From NCBI GenBank assembly GCA_945860685.1, contig CAMASJ010000002.1, forward strand, positions 1 through 48,584: a stretch of 48,584 bases of DNA, written 5' to 3'. This DNA is from Akkermansia muciniphila (GTDB lineage: Bacteria; Verrucomicrobiota; Verrucomicrobiia; Limisphaerales; UBA9464). The translations under genes and the position numbers were made by a program. Within the stretch, counting starts at the first letter, position 1; every line of letters begins with the position of its first letter. This document shows, one piece after another, positions 26,733 through 36,500 of the stretch. A model generated the notes under the pieces. That model saw only the letters and a program-made list of their open reading frames with translations. It was not told where the DNA came from and made no database searches.

Positions 26733-26924
26733 ATGCCCGCTACCGAAAAGCAGCAAGCCGCCAAAAAGGCCCCCGCCAAGAAGGTCGCCGCCCCCAAGGT
26801 TCCGGCCAAGAAGGCCGCTGCCCCCAAGGCCCCGGCCAAGAAGGCCGTCGCCCCCAAGGCTCCGGCCAAGAAGGCCGTCGCCCCAAAGGCTCCGGCCAAG
26901 AAGGCCCCGGCCAAGAAGAAGTAG
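26733..26924 (+). CDS. histone H1-like Lys/Ala/Pro-repeat basic protein (AlgP/Hc1-type nucleoid-associated candidate)
   Basis: ATG at 26733, preceded by CAGGAG 9 nt upstream. MPATEKQQAAKKAPAKKVAAPKVPAKKAAAPKAPAKKAVAPKAPAKKAVAPKAPAKKAPAKKK, 63 aa. Strong codon bias (GCC/AAG/CCG). Confidence 0.75.
   Translation: MPATEKQQAAKKAPAKKVAAPKVPAKKAAAPKAPAKKAVAPKAPAKKAVAPKAPAKKAPAKKK
26790..26909 (+). repeat. about 4 x 30-bp tandem coding repeat (GCCCCCAAGGCTCCGGCCAAGAAGGCCGTC)
   Basis: Direct reading inside the H1-like gene. The units differ by 1-3 nt. Confidence 0.85.
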
Positions 26925-27093
26925 TCTTTTCTGGGCGGTTTTCCACGTTGTGAACAACGTGGGGGCAACACCCCAAAACTTCTCCTCGCGGCGGCCGCCG
27001 CTTTCTCATAGAAGCCTCGGCCGTCACAGGTGCAGTTGGGTGCCCACTCCGGTGAAATCGTCTCAAAAAGCTGCGAAGCTAGATCTAAGTAAA

Positions 27094-27125
27094 GCGTTGG
27101 AAACCAATAGGTTCCAACGCTTTTT
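27094..27125 (+). terminator. Rho-independent terminator
   Basis: GCGTTGGAA-ACCAATAGG-TTCCAACGC is followed by TTTTT. It lies in a locally AT-richer noncoding stretch, 170 nt after the H1-like gene and 168 nt before the dnaA ATG. Confidence 0.75.
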
Positions 27126-27292
27126 AAGCCTAGCAATCCGGGCGGTTTCCGCTGGATCGCGCGGTGTTTTTGGAGATGGAAACCACGGCCAAACGCCTGT
27201 CTTTGGGCAGGTTACAGCCGGGTGAAGTCGTCAGGTGAATAAAACCGAAAAACCCATCGCCACCGCGCTTTCCGATCCCCTCATTGTCCATC

Positions 27293-28678
27293 ATGTCCGA
27301 TAACGCCCAAGCCATCTGGTCCGCCGCGCAGCAGACGCTGCGTGGAATGCTCAAGACCGAGCTCTACAATCTCTGGTTCGCTCCTGTGAGCGCGAGCCGG
27401 ATGGACGGCGATGTGTTGACGTTGGAGGTGGCGGACGAGTTCTGTGAGTTCTGGCTCAAGGACAACTACCTCGACGTGCTGCGCTCCGTGGTGAGCCGCA
27501 CCGCGGTGCGGCCGGTTCAGATCGCCTTCGCGGTGCGCGCTGCGGAGCCCGTGGGTGTGGCGGGCTCCGGAACGGCCGTCCCCGACGAATCCGCCGAGTC
27601 TTCCTTGGTCCCGATCCCGTCGCCGGTCGCCAAGGAACCCGCCGCCCGGCGGCCCGAGGCGTTCTTCAATCCGAACAACGTCTTCGATACCTTCGTGGTC
27701 GGCAGCAACAACCACCACGCCCATGCCGCGTCGGTGGCCGTAGCCCAGAAGCCCGGACTGACCTACAACCCGTTGTTCCTCTTCGGTGGCGTCGGCCTCG
27801 GCAAGACCCATCTCCTGCAGGCCATCGGACAGCACGTCCACACCCACCGGCGCAATGCCCGCATCGGCTACCTGTCCTGCGAGCGCTTCACCAACGAGTT
27901 CATCGAGGCCCTCCAGAACGGCCAGTTGCCCAGGTTCCGCAAGAAGTACCGCGAACTCGACGTCCTCCTCATCGATGACGTCCAGTTCCTCGCCGGCAAG
28001 GAGCGCATCCAGGAGGAGTTCTTCCACACCTTCAACGCCCTCCACGACTGCCACAAGCAGATCGTCCTGACCTGCGACCGCCCGGCCAACGAGATCCAGG
28101 GACTCGAGCAGCGCCTCACCTCGCGCTTCGAGTGGGGCATGACCGCCGACCTCAAGGCCCCCGACGTCGAGACCCGCCTCGCGATCCTCCACAAGAAGGC
28201 CGCCGCCCTCAGCGTCGAACTGCCGCCGGAGATCATCTCGTTCCTCGCGAACCGCATCCGGACCAACATCCGCCGGCTCGAGGGCGCCCTCGTGCGTGTC
28301 GCCGCCTACGCCCAGCTCACCGGCAAGGACCTCGACCTCGAGACCATCGAGACCCTTCTGCGCGAGATCCTCCAGGAGGAGGGCAAGGTCGCGATCTCCA
28401 TCGGCGAGATCCAACGCCGTGTCGCTGACTACTACGACATCCGCCTGGCCGACATGACCAGCAAGCGCCGTCCGGAGAACATCGCCTTCCCGCGCCAGAT
28501 CGCCATGTATCTCGCCCGGCAGCTGACCGACCATTCCCTCAGCTCCATCGGCGATGCCTTCGGCGGACGCGACCACGGCACGGTGCTTCATGCCTGCCGC
28601 CAGGTGCGCGACCGCATGGAGGTGGAGTCCAAGGTCCGCCAGGACGTGGGCTATCTCGAGAAGCAGCTCACCCGCTGA
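27293..28678 (+). CDS. dnaA: chromosomal replication initiator protein DnaA
   Basis: N-terminal domain I (WSAAQQTLRGMLKTELYNLWF), AAA+ module (NPLFLFGGVGLGKTHLLQAIG, LLIDDVQFL) and DNA-binding domain IV (RRPENIAFPRQIAMYLARQLT, GDAFGGRDHGTVLHA). The ATG at 27293 lies inside the TTG-initiated ORF 27284. Confidence 0.97.
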   Translation: MSDNAQAIWSAAQQTLRGMLKTELYNLWFAPVSASRMDGDVLTLEVADEFCEFWLKDNYLDVLRSVVSRTAVRPVQIAFAVRAAEPVGVAGSGTAVPDESAESSLVPIPSPVAKEPAARRPEAFFNPNNVFDTFVVGSNNHHAHAASVAVAQKPGLTYNPLFLFGGVGLGKTHLLQAIGQHVHTHRRNARIGYLSCERFTNEFIEALQNGQLPRFRKKYRELDVLLIDDVQFLAGKERIQEEFFHTFNALHDCHKQIVLTCDRPANEIQGLEQRLTSRFEWGMTADLKAPDVETRLAILHKKAAALSVELPPEIISFLANRIRTNIRRLEGALVRVAAYAQLTGKDLDLETIETLLREILQEEGKVAISIGEIQRRVADYYDIRLADMTSKRRPENIAFPRQIAMYLARQLTDHSLSSIGDAFGGRDHGTVLHACRQVRDRMEVESKVRQDVGYLEKQLTR

Positions 28679-28755
28679 ACCGGACTTCCGCTGGGGAGTC
28701 CATCGGGCGAAGCCGCGAAGGGGACCGCCGGGTTTCCTGGAGGGCGTGACCCGGA

Positions 28756-29712
28756 TCAGCCGCCCGCCCGACGGAACCACTCGACGAACCGCGGGATCCC
28801 CTCGGCGATCTTCGTCCGCGGATCGTATCCGAGGTCGCGTCGCGCCTTCGAGATGTCGGCGTAGGTGATCGGCACGTCCCCCGGCTGCAGCGGTTGACGG
28901 TCGAGGACCGCCTTCTTGCCCAACGCCTGCTCCAACAACGAGATCAGCTCCGAGAGGGTCACCGTCTGCGATTCGCCGAGGTTGTAGATCCCGAACCCGA
29001 ACTCCCGATGCGTGCAGGCCAGGACGCCGGAGACGATGTCGTCCACGTAGGTGTAGTCGCGGGCCGTGGAGCCGTCCCCGAACACCGGCACGGGCCGTCC
29101 GGAGTCGATCAGCCGGGCGAACTTGTGGATGGCGAGGTCCGGCCGCTGGCGGGGTCCGTACACGGTGAAGAAGCGCAGCATCACCACGTCGAGTCCGTAC
29201 ACGTGGTGGTAGGTATGGCCCAGGGCCTCGCAGGCCAGCTTGCTCGAGGCGTACGGCGATATCGCTCGGAAGATCGGGTCGTCCTCGGAGAAGGGCACCT
29301 TGGCGTTGACCCCGTACACCGAAGACGACGAAGCGAGGATGAACTTCCTGACGCCGGCCAGCCTTCCGGCCTCGAGCAGGTTCACCGTGCCCTCCACGTT
29401 CACACGCTGGTAGAGGGCGGGTTCCTCCAGGCTCGGCCGCACGCCGGCCCGCGCAGCGAGGTGGATCACCTGGTCGATCCTTCCTCCGGCGAACACGGCG
29501 TCCAAGGCCGGCCGTTCCACCAGGTCTCCTTGGACGAACCGGAAGCGCCCGCTCCCGGACCGTTCCAGGACCTGGAGTGCCGCCCGCTTGATCGCCGGGT
29601 CGTAGAACGGGTTGAGATCGTCGAAAACCGTCACCTCATGGCCCGCGGCCAAAAGGTGTTCGGCCACGTGGGACCCGATGAACCCGGCGCCTCCCGTGAC
29701 GAGGAAATGCAT
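28756..29712 (-). CDS. NAD-dependent epimerase/dehydratase (UDP-sugar 4-epimerase-like SDR)
   Basis: This is the C-terminal 318 aa of the 1381-aa ORF 28756..32901, starting at the ATG at 29712. Motifs: MHFLVTGGAGFIGSH (Rossmann), SSSSVYG, YASSK (YxxxK) and RFFTVYGPRQRPD. Confidence 0.9.
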   Translation of the reverse strand: MHFLVTGGAGFIGSHVAEHLLAAGHEVTVFDDLNPFYDPAIKRAALQVLERSGSGRFRFVQGDLVERPALDAVFAGGRIDQVIHLAARAGVRPSLEEPALYQRVNVEGTVNLLEAGRLAGVRKFILASSSSVYGVNAKVPFSEDDPIFRAISPYASSKLACEALGHTYHHVYGLDVVMLRFFTVYGPRQRPDLAIHKFARLIDSGRPVPVFGDGSTARDYTYVDDIVSGVLACTHREFGFGIYNLGESQTVTLSELISLLEQALGKKAVLDRQPLQPGDVPITYADISKARRDLGYDPRTKIAEGIPRFVEWFRRAGG

Positions 29713-29829
29713 GGAGGCAGGATGATCCGGCCCACCGCATCGCATCAACGTCCGACTGGCATCTGCGCCGGCGGATCCTCCGGCCTTTCTGCGCTGGCAC
29801 GCCCGGGCCGGCGCGGGGATCCTCCTGCC

Positions 29830-32800
29830 GTGCCCCGTCGAACGCCCCGCCATACCCTTCCGGAGGTCCGTCCGCTTCCAGGCGCGACCCCGTTGGCCGT
29901 GGTGTTGGCCTTGGCCGCGTCCTCGCTCGCTGCGGCCGACGGACCCCGTTCCGGATTCACCTCCCTTGGCCAGGTCGCAACCGGGATCGCCTTCACCAAC
30001 GTGGTCCCGGCGTCCCGCTATCTCACCAACCAGATCGCCCTCAACGGCTCCGGCGTGGCTCTCGCGGACTTCGACGCCGACGGTCGCACGGACGTGTTCC
30101 TCGGCGCCTACGCGGGCGGTTCCCGGCTGTGGCGGAACCTCGGCGGCTGGCAGTTCACCGACGTCACCGGTTCCTCCTTCCCGCAGGTTCTCCTCGGAGG
30201 CCTTGAGGTCACCGGTTCGGTCTCCGTCGACGTCGACGGAGACGGGCATCCGGACCTGGTGTTGAACACCTTGGGCCAGGGGACCCGGATCCTGCGCAAC
30301 GACGGCGCCGGCCGGTTCGTGGAATCCGGCCGGATCAATCCGGACCGCGCGGGATCGAGCCTCGCCGTGGCCGACGCCGACGGTGACGGCGACCTCGACC
30401 TCTATGTGTCGAACTACCGCGGGGTGACCGTCCGGGACGATCCCGGGGCGCGGTACCAGGTGCGCGACGAGGGCGGCCGACAACGGATCGTCGCCTACAA
30501 CGGCCGCCCCACCAGCGCCCCGGACCTGGTCGGGCGCTTCACGATGACCCCGTCCGGTCCGATGGAGAACGGCGAGCCGGACGCCCTCTTCCTGAACGAC
30601 GGACGCGGCGGCTTCACGGCCGTGTCCTGGAGCGGAGGCGCGTTCCTCGACGCCGCCGGCAAGCCGCTCACCGGTCCACCCTACGACTGGGGACTCAGCG
30701 TGATGTTCCGGGACCTCGACGGAGACGGACGACCCGATCTCTACGTCTGCAACGACTTCCAGTCCGAGGACCGCTTCTGGATCAACGAGACTCCGCCGGG
30801 TGGCCCGCTTCGGTTCCGGGCGTCCCGTCCCGCCGCGCTGCGCCACACGCCGGCCTTCTCGATGGGGATTGACGCGGCGGACCTCGACCGGGACGGCCGG
30901 GACGACTTCCTCGTGCTCGACATGTTGAGCCGCGAGCATTGGCGCCGGAACGTGCAGCTGGACGGCCTTCCGCCCGGGTTCAACCAGCCGGGGGTCCTCG
31001 ACGACCGGCCCCAGTTCTCGCACAACACCCTCTTCCGCGGTCGGCCCGACGGGACCTTCGCCGAGATCGGCCGCCTCGCGGGATTGAGCGCCGCCGAATG
31101 GGCGTGGACGCCGATCTTCCTCGATGTCGACCTCGACGGCTGGGAGGACTTGCTGGTCTCGAACGGCCATGCCCTGGACATGCTCGACGCCGACGTCGGC
31201 GCCCGGGCCGAGGCGTTGAAGTCGGCGGGCAGGAACAGTTCGCGGGAACTGCTGGAGATGCGCCGGATGTTCCGGCCGTTCGACGCGCCGAACGCCGCGT
31301 TCCGCAACCGCGGCGACCTGACCTTCGAGGATGTCTCCTCCGCCTGGGGATTCGACGAACCCGGCGTCGAGCATGGCATGGCCGCCGCGGACCTCGACGG
31401 CGACGGCGACCTCGACCTCGTGCTCAACACGCTCAACGGCCCCGCCAAGGTGCTGCGCAACGGGGCGACGGCCGGCCGCCTCCTGGTGCGGCTCCGCGGA
31501 ACCGCACCGAACACCCGCGGCATCGGCGCGCGCATCCGGGTCGCCGCGCCCGGCCTGCCGGTCCAGACCCAGGAGATGATCGCCGGCGGACGGTACCTCT
31601 CGGGCGACGACGCGGTGAGGACGTTCGCCACGGGAACCAACCCGGCCGTGGCCCTCGAGGTCGCCTGGCGCGACGGGAGCGTCACCCGCCTTTCCGCGGT
31701 GGGTCCCGGCTCGGTGGTCGTCGGACAGTCGGAGTCCGTTCGGGTCGCATCCGCGCCCGCCGCGCCGCCCCGTGCGCGTTTCGAGGATCTCTCCGACCGC
31801 ATCCGTCACACCCATTTCGACACGCCCTTCGACGAGTTCGGGCGCCAGCCCTCCGCTCCACGCGACCTCTCGACGCCCGGCCCGGGAGTGACCTGGACGG
31901 ACCTCGACGGCGACGGCTGGGAGGACCTGCTCGTCTCCTCGGGACAAGGTGGGACGCCGGGAGCCTGGACAAACGCCGCCGGATCCTCGTTCGGCGTCCT
32001 GCCGATCGCTGCTTTCAGCCGCCCGACCGCCCGGGACCTGACCACGATGCTCCCGCTGGGCGGGGCGATCCTCGCGGGCGTGAGCAACCACGAGGACGGC
32101 CAGACCAATGGCGGCGCCCTGCGGATCATCGACCTGGCCACCGGACGCAGCGGTGAGGTGCTGGGCGGCAAGGCCGCGGCGGTGGGATCGTTGGCCGCGG
32201 CGGACGTCGACGGCGACGGTGCGCCGGAGATCTTCGTGGGCGTCCGTCATGTCGCTGGACGCTATCCGGAGCCGGCGACCTCGCTGCTGGTTCGGAACGA
32301 CGGCGGCCGCCTCGGCGTGGCGGAACGTTTCGAACGCACCGGACTGGTCCAATCCGCGGTGTTCACCGACCTCGACGGCGACGCCCGGCCGGATCTCGCG
32401 CTTTCCTGCGAATGGGGGGCGATCCGTCTTCTCCGCAACCAACAGGGACGGCTGGTGCCGTGGGATCCGCCGCTGCGGGGCGCCGGGTTGCCTTCGGGCG
32501 TCGATCGGCTCTCCCGGTGGACCGGCTGGTGGCAGGCGTTGACCGCGGCGGATGTCGACGGCGACGGTCGCATGGACCTCGTGGCCGGGAACTGGGGGCG
32601 GAACCACTTCCTCGGCGCCGCCGCGGAACGGCGTCCGCTCCGGGTGCGCCACGGGGACCTCAACGGCGACGGCTTCGTCGAGATGATCGAGAGCCATGTC
32701 GGCCCGGGCGGGGTGGAATTGCCGGTGCGCCGGCAGCCGCTGCTGGCGGCGATGCTGCCCTCGGTGGCGCAACGGTATCCGACCTTGGAATCCTTCGGGC

Positions 32801-33516
32801 GAGCGGCCTTGCCGCAATTGCTCGAAGGCCTGCCCGCCGACCTCCCCATGCTGGAGGCGCTCAACCTCGACTCGGGCCTTCTCCTGAACCGCGGCGACCA
32901 CTTCGAATGGAAGGCGCTGCCGGTGGTGGCCCAGTTCTCACCGGTGCAGGGCATCGCGGTGGCGGACTTCGACGGCGACGGATCCGAGGACATGTTCCTC
33001 GCCCAGAACGTCTTCGGCATCCGTCCCGATGAGGCCCGCTACGACGCCGGTCGCGGACTCCTGCTGCTCGGCGACGGGCGCGGTGTCTTCGCGGAGGACC
33101 TGCATTCGGGCATCGCCGCTTGGGGTGAACAGCGCGGTGTCGCCGTGGCGGACTTCGACCACGACGGACGGATGGACCTGGTGCTGGGCCAGAATTCCGC
33201 CCCGACCCTCCTGCACCGCAACCTCACCGCCACTCCCGGACTGCGTGTCCGGTTGCTCGGCGCGGCCCGCAATCCCGACGCGCTCGGCGCGTCGTTGCGC
33301 TGGCATCAGGATGGCAAGTCCGGTCCCCGTCGCGAGATCCGGGCCGGCGGCGGCGGCCTCGGCGTGGACAGTCCGGTGACGGTCCTCGGGACCCGGGGCC
33401 TGGCCGGCGAGCTTGAAATCCGTTGGCCCGACGGAGAAGTCGTCCGCCACCCCGTCGCCGCCGGGACCCGGTCAGTGGTCGTTCCCCGCAACGGTCCGAT
33501 CCGGATCCTCCCATGA
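29830..33516 (+). CDS. FG-GAP/VCBS repeat protein with two UnbV_ASPIC modules (CRTAC1-family-like), paralog 1
   Basis: Repeated FG-GAP blocks (DFDADGRTDVF, DVDGDGHPDLV, DADGDGDLDLYV, DLDGDGRPDLYVCND). Two ASPIC/UnbV blocks (NTRGIGARIRV...GGRYLSGDD and NPDALGASLRW...GGGGLGVDS). The start is uncertain: the GTG at 29830 gives a good signal peptide (RPLPGATPLAVVLALAASSLAAA), while the ATG at 29722 is the alternative. Upstream parts of ORF 28894.. are antisense to the epimerase gene. Confidence 0.85.
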   Translation: MPRRTPRHTLPEVRPLPGATPLAVVLALAASSLAAADGPRSGFTSLGQVATGIAFTNVVPASRYLTNQIALNGSGVALADFDADGRTDVFLGAYAGGSRLWRNLGGWQFTDVTGSSFPQVLLGGLEVTGSVSVDVDGDGHPDLVLNTLGQGTRILRNDGAGRFVESGRINPDRAGSSLAVADADGDGDLDLYVSNYRGVTVRDDPGARYQVRDEGGRQRIVAYNGRPTSAPDLVGRFTMTPSGPMENGEPDALFLNDGRGGFTAVSWSGGAFLDAAGKPLTGPPYDWGLSVMFRDLDGDGRPDLYVCNDFQSEDRFWINETPPGGPLRFRASRPAALRHTPAFSMGIDAADLDRDGRDDFLVLDMLSREHWRRNVQLDGLPPGFNQPGVLDDRPQFSHNTLFRGRPDGTFAEIGRLAGLSAAEWAWTPIFLDVDLDGWEDLLVSNGHALDMLDADVGARAEALKSAGRNSSRELLEMRRMFRPFDAPNAAFRNRGDLTFEDVSSAWGFDEPGVEHGMAAADLDGDGDLDLVLNTLNGPAKVLRNGATAGRLLVRLRGTAPNTRGIGARIRVAAPGLPVQTQEMIAGGRYLSGDDAVRTFATGTNPAVALEVAWRDGSVTRLSAVGPGSVVVGQSESVRVASAPAAPPRARFEDLSDRIRHTHFDTPFDEFGRQPSAPRDLSTPGPGVTWTDLDGDGWEDLLVSSGQGGTPGAWTNAAGSSFGVLPIAAFSRPTARDLTTMLPLGGAILAGVSNHEDGQTNGGALRIIDLATGRSGEVLGGKAAAVGSLAAADVDGDGAPEIFVGVRHVAGRYPEPATSLLVRNDGGRLGVAERFERTGLVQSAVFTDLDGDARPDLALSCEWGAIRLLRNQQGRLVPWDPPLRGAGLPSGVDRLSRWTGWWQALTAADVDGDGRMDLVAGNWGRNHFLGAAAERRPLRVRHGDLNGDGFVEMIESHVGPGGVELPVRRQPLLAAMLPSVAQRYPTLESFGRAALPQLLEGLPADLPMLEALNLDSGLLLNRGDHFEWKALPVVAQFSPVQGIAVADFDGDGSEDMFLAQNVFGIRPDEARYDAGRGLLLLGDGRGVFAEDLHSGIAAWGEQRGVAVADFDHDGRMDLVLGQNSAPTLLHRNLTATPGLRVRLLGAARNPDALGASLRWHQDGKSGPRREIRAGGGGLGVDSPVTVLGTRGLAGELEIRWPDGEVVRHPVAAGTRSVVVPRNGPIRILP

Positions 33517-36500
33517 TGCCCCACCGCCGATCGTCCCTCCGCGCCGCGGTCCTTTTCGCCCTGCTGGCCAACCTGCCGGCCGCCGCCGCGGCCACCGTCG
33601 AGACGCGTCCGTTGGCGTCCGCCGGGACGCTGGCGCCGGGTTTCACGCGGATGCCGGCCACCGCGGCCGGAATCGGCTTCACCAACGTCCTTTCCGACGA
33701 ACGGTCGATCACCAACCGCAACCTGCTCTCCGGCTCCGGCGTGGCGTTGGGCGATGTCGACGCCGACGGCCGGCCCGACCTGCTGCTCTGCGGGGCCGAC
33801 GTCCCGCCGGCGCTCTACCGCAACCTCGGCGGATGGACCTTCGCCGACGTTTCCGCGGCCGCCTTCCCGGGAATCGACTGGCGCAATCCCACCTCCGGCT
33901 CGTTCGACATGACCGGCTCGGCTTTCGCGGACGTGGACGGCGACGGCGACGTGGACTTGTTCCTGAACACGCTCGGTGGCGGCACGCGGCTCTTCCGGAA
34001 CGACGGCCAAGGCCGATTCGCGGAGTCCACCGATGCCGCCGGTCTCCGCTCGCGCCATGGGGCCACCTCGCTCGCCCTGGCGGACGTGGACGCGGACGGC
34101 GACCTGGACCTGTACGTCGCGCGGTTCCGGCCGGTCACGATCCTCGACCAGCCCAACACCCGCTACCAGATGCGCCAGACGCCGCAGGGCCCGGTCATCG
34201 TCGCGGTCAACGGCCGTCCCGTCACCGCGCCCGACCTGACCAACCGCTTCGAACTCGGACCGGGCGGCGACGTCGCCGAACTGGGCGAGGCCGACGCCCT
34301 CTTCCTCAACGACGGCCGTGGCGTCTTCGCCGAGGTCCCCTGGACGGGAGGCGCCTTCCTGGACGAGTCGGGCCGGCCTTTGACGTCGCCGCCGGGGGAC
34401 TGGGGGCTGGCGGCGCGGTTCCAGGACATGGACGGCGACGGACGTCCCGACCTGTACGTCTGCAACGACCTGCAGACCCCGGACCGTGTGTGGATGAACG
34501 CGACCGGCCCCGACCGGAAGCCCCGGTTCAAGGCCCTGTCCTCGATCGCGCTGCCGAACAACCCGACCTTCTCCATGGGCGTGGACTTCGGGGACTTCAA
34601 CCGGGATGGCCACGTGGACTTCTTCGCGGTGGACATGTTCAGCCGCAACCGGGCGTGGCGTCACACTCAGATGGCCGGACTCGCGCCGACCCTGCGGTTG
34701 CCGGGCCAGTTCGCGACGCGGGCGCAGGTCCAGCGCAACGTGCTCCAGATCCAGCGCGGCGACGGGACCTGGGCGGACACCGCGTGGCAGGCCGGCGTGG
34801 CGGCGAGCGAATGGTCTTGGGGACCGGTGTCGCTCGACGTGGACCTGGACGGGTTCGAGGACCTGATCGTTCCCAACGGCCAGCGGCGGGACTTCCAGGA
34901 CGGCGACGCCACCCGCCGGATCGCCGACGCGGCGGCCGCGGGTCAGGCCTCGACCCCGGCGCAGGTCGCCGCGCTCGTCCGCACCGTGCCCTCGCTTGCC
35001 ACGCCGAACGTCGCCTTCCGCAACCGCGGCGATGCCACCTTCGACGACGTCTCGGCCGCCTGGGGCTTCACCGCCGACACCATCTCCCAAGGGATCGCCC
35101 TCGGGGACATCGACGGCGACGGCGACCTCGATGTGGTCATGAACGACCTCTCGGACGCCCCGGGATTGTACCGCAACAACTCCACCGCGCCTCGAGTCCG
35201 GATCGGGCTGCGCGGACCCTCCCCCAACAGTGCCGGCATCGGTGCACGCATCACCGTCCGTGCGGCTGGGCTTCCCGCCCAGACCACGGAGGTCTTCGCC
35301 GGTGGCCGCTACCTGGGTGGGGACGCGCCCGGGAGGACTTTCGCCACCGGCACCGCCACGAAGGTGGACATCGAGGTCCGCTGGCCCGGTGGCGCCGTGG
35401 AATCGCTGTCGGGTGTCGCCGCCGGCTCCGCCGTCACCGTGGTCGCCGGCGTGCCGTTGCCCCCGGCCCTGAAGAACCCAGAGCCGGCCAGGCCGACCTT
35501 CGAAGACGTCTCGGCGCGTTTGGGCCATGTCCATGTCGACGAGCCGTTCGACGACTTCGCGCGCCAACCCACGCTGCCGATGCGGCTTTCGCAATCGGGC
35601 CCCGGGGTGACATGGACGGATCTCGACGGGAACGGCCATCCGGACCTCGTCGTCGGAGCGGGACGCGGCGGTCGTCCGGCCGCCTTCCTCAACGACGGGC
35701 GCGGCGGTTTCAGCGCGATGGACCGTCCTCCGTTCCAGAAGCCCACCGGCCGCGATCTCACCGCGCTCCTTCCGTTGAACGGCGCGCTCGTCGCCGGGGT
35801 GTCCAACTTCGAGGACGGCCTGACCAACGGCGGCGCGTTGCGGCTGTACGACCCGGCGAGCGGACGGAGCGGCGAGATGCTCGTCGGAAGCGCCTTCGGC
35901 ACCGGCCCGCTGGCGGCGGCGGATGTCGACGGCGACGGCGAACTGGAGGTCTTCGTGGGCTCCCGCACCGTGCCGGGCAGATATCCGGAGTCGGACCCGT
36001 CGCTCCTGCTCCGCAACCAAGGCGGACGCCTCGTCGTCGCCGAACGCCTCGGGTCCCTCGGAATGGCCACCGCGGCCTGCTTCACCGACCTCGACGGAGA
36101 CGGCCGGCCGGATCTCGTGGTCGCGGTCGACTGGGGCGCCCCACGGTTCTTCCGCAACGAGGCGGGTCGCCTGAAGCCGTGGGAGCCGCGCTTCGAGTGG
36201 AACCGCGGCGGCGGCCTCCGCGGCGCCTGGTCGTCGGTGACCGCCGGTGACTTCGACGAGGACGGCCGGCTCGATGTCGTCCTCGGCAACGAGGGAACCA
36301 ACCGTCGCCAGGTCGGGACGACGGCTTCCCCGCGACGCCTCTACGCCGGTCACTTCGGATCCGGCGGCGGCAACGACCTGGTCGAGGCCTGGCACGATCC
36401 GGTCGACAAGGTCGACCGGCCGGAACGGGAGTTCATGATGATGACCGCCCTGTTCCCCGCGGTGCGCGACGCCGTGACCTCGTACCGTGCCTACTCGACC

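Noticed and set aside
26950-27225. 91-aa ORF between the H1-like gene and dnaA.
   Set aside because: The region has locally lower GC with no codon bias and contains a Rho-independent terminator inside it. It reads as non-coding.
29713-32901. N-terminal about 1060 aa of the 1381-aa minus-strand ORF 28756..32901.
   Set aside because: Only the last 318 codons (from the ATG at 29712) form the SDR epimerase. The rest is antisense to the FG-GAP/ASPIC gene and has shadow-ORF composition.
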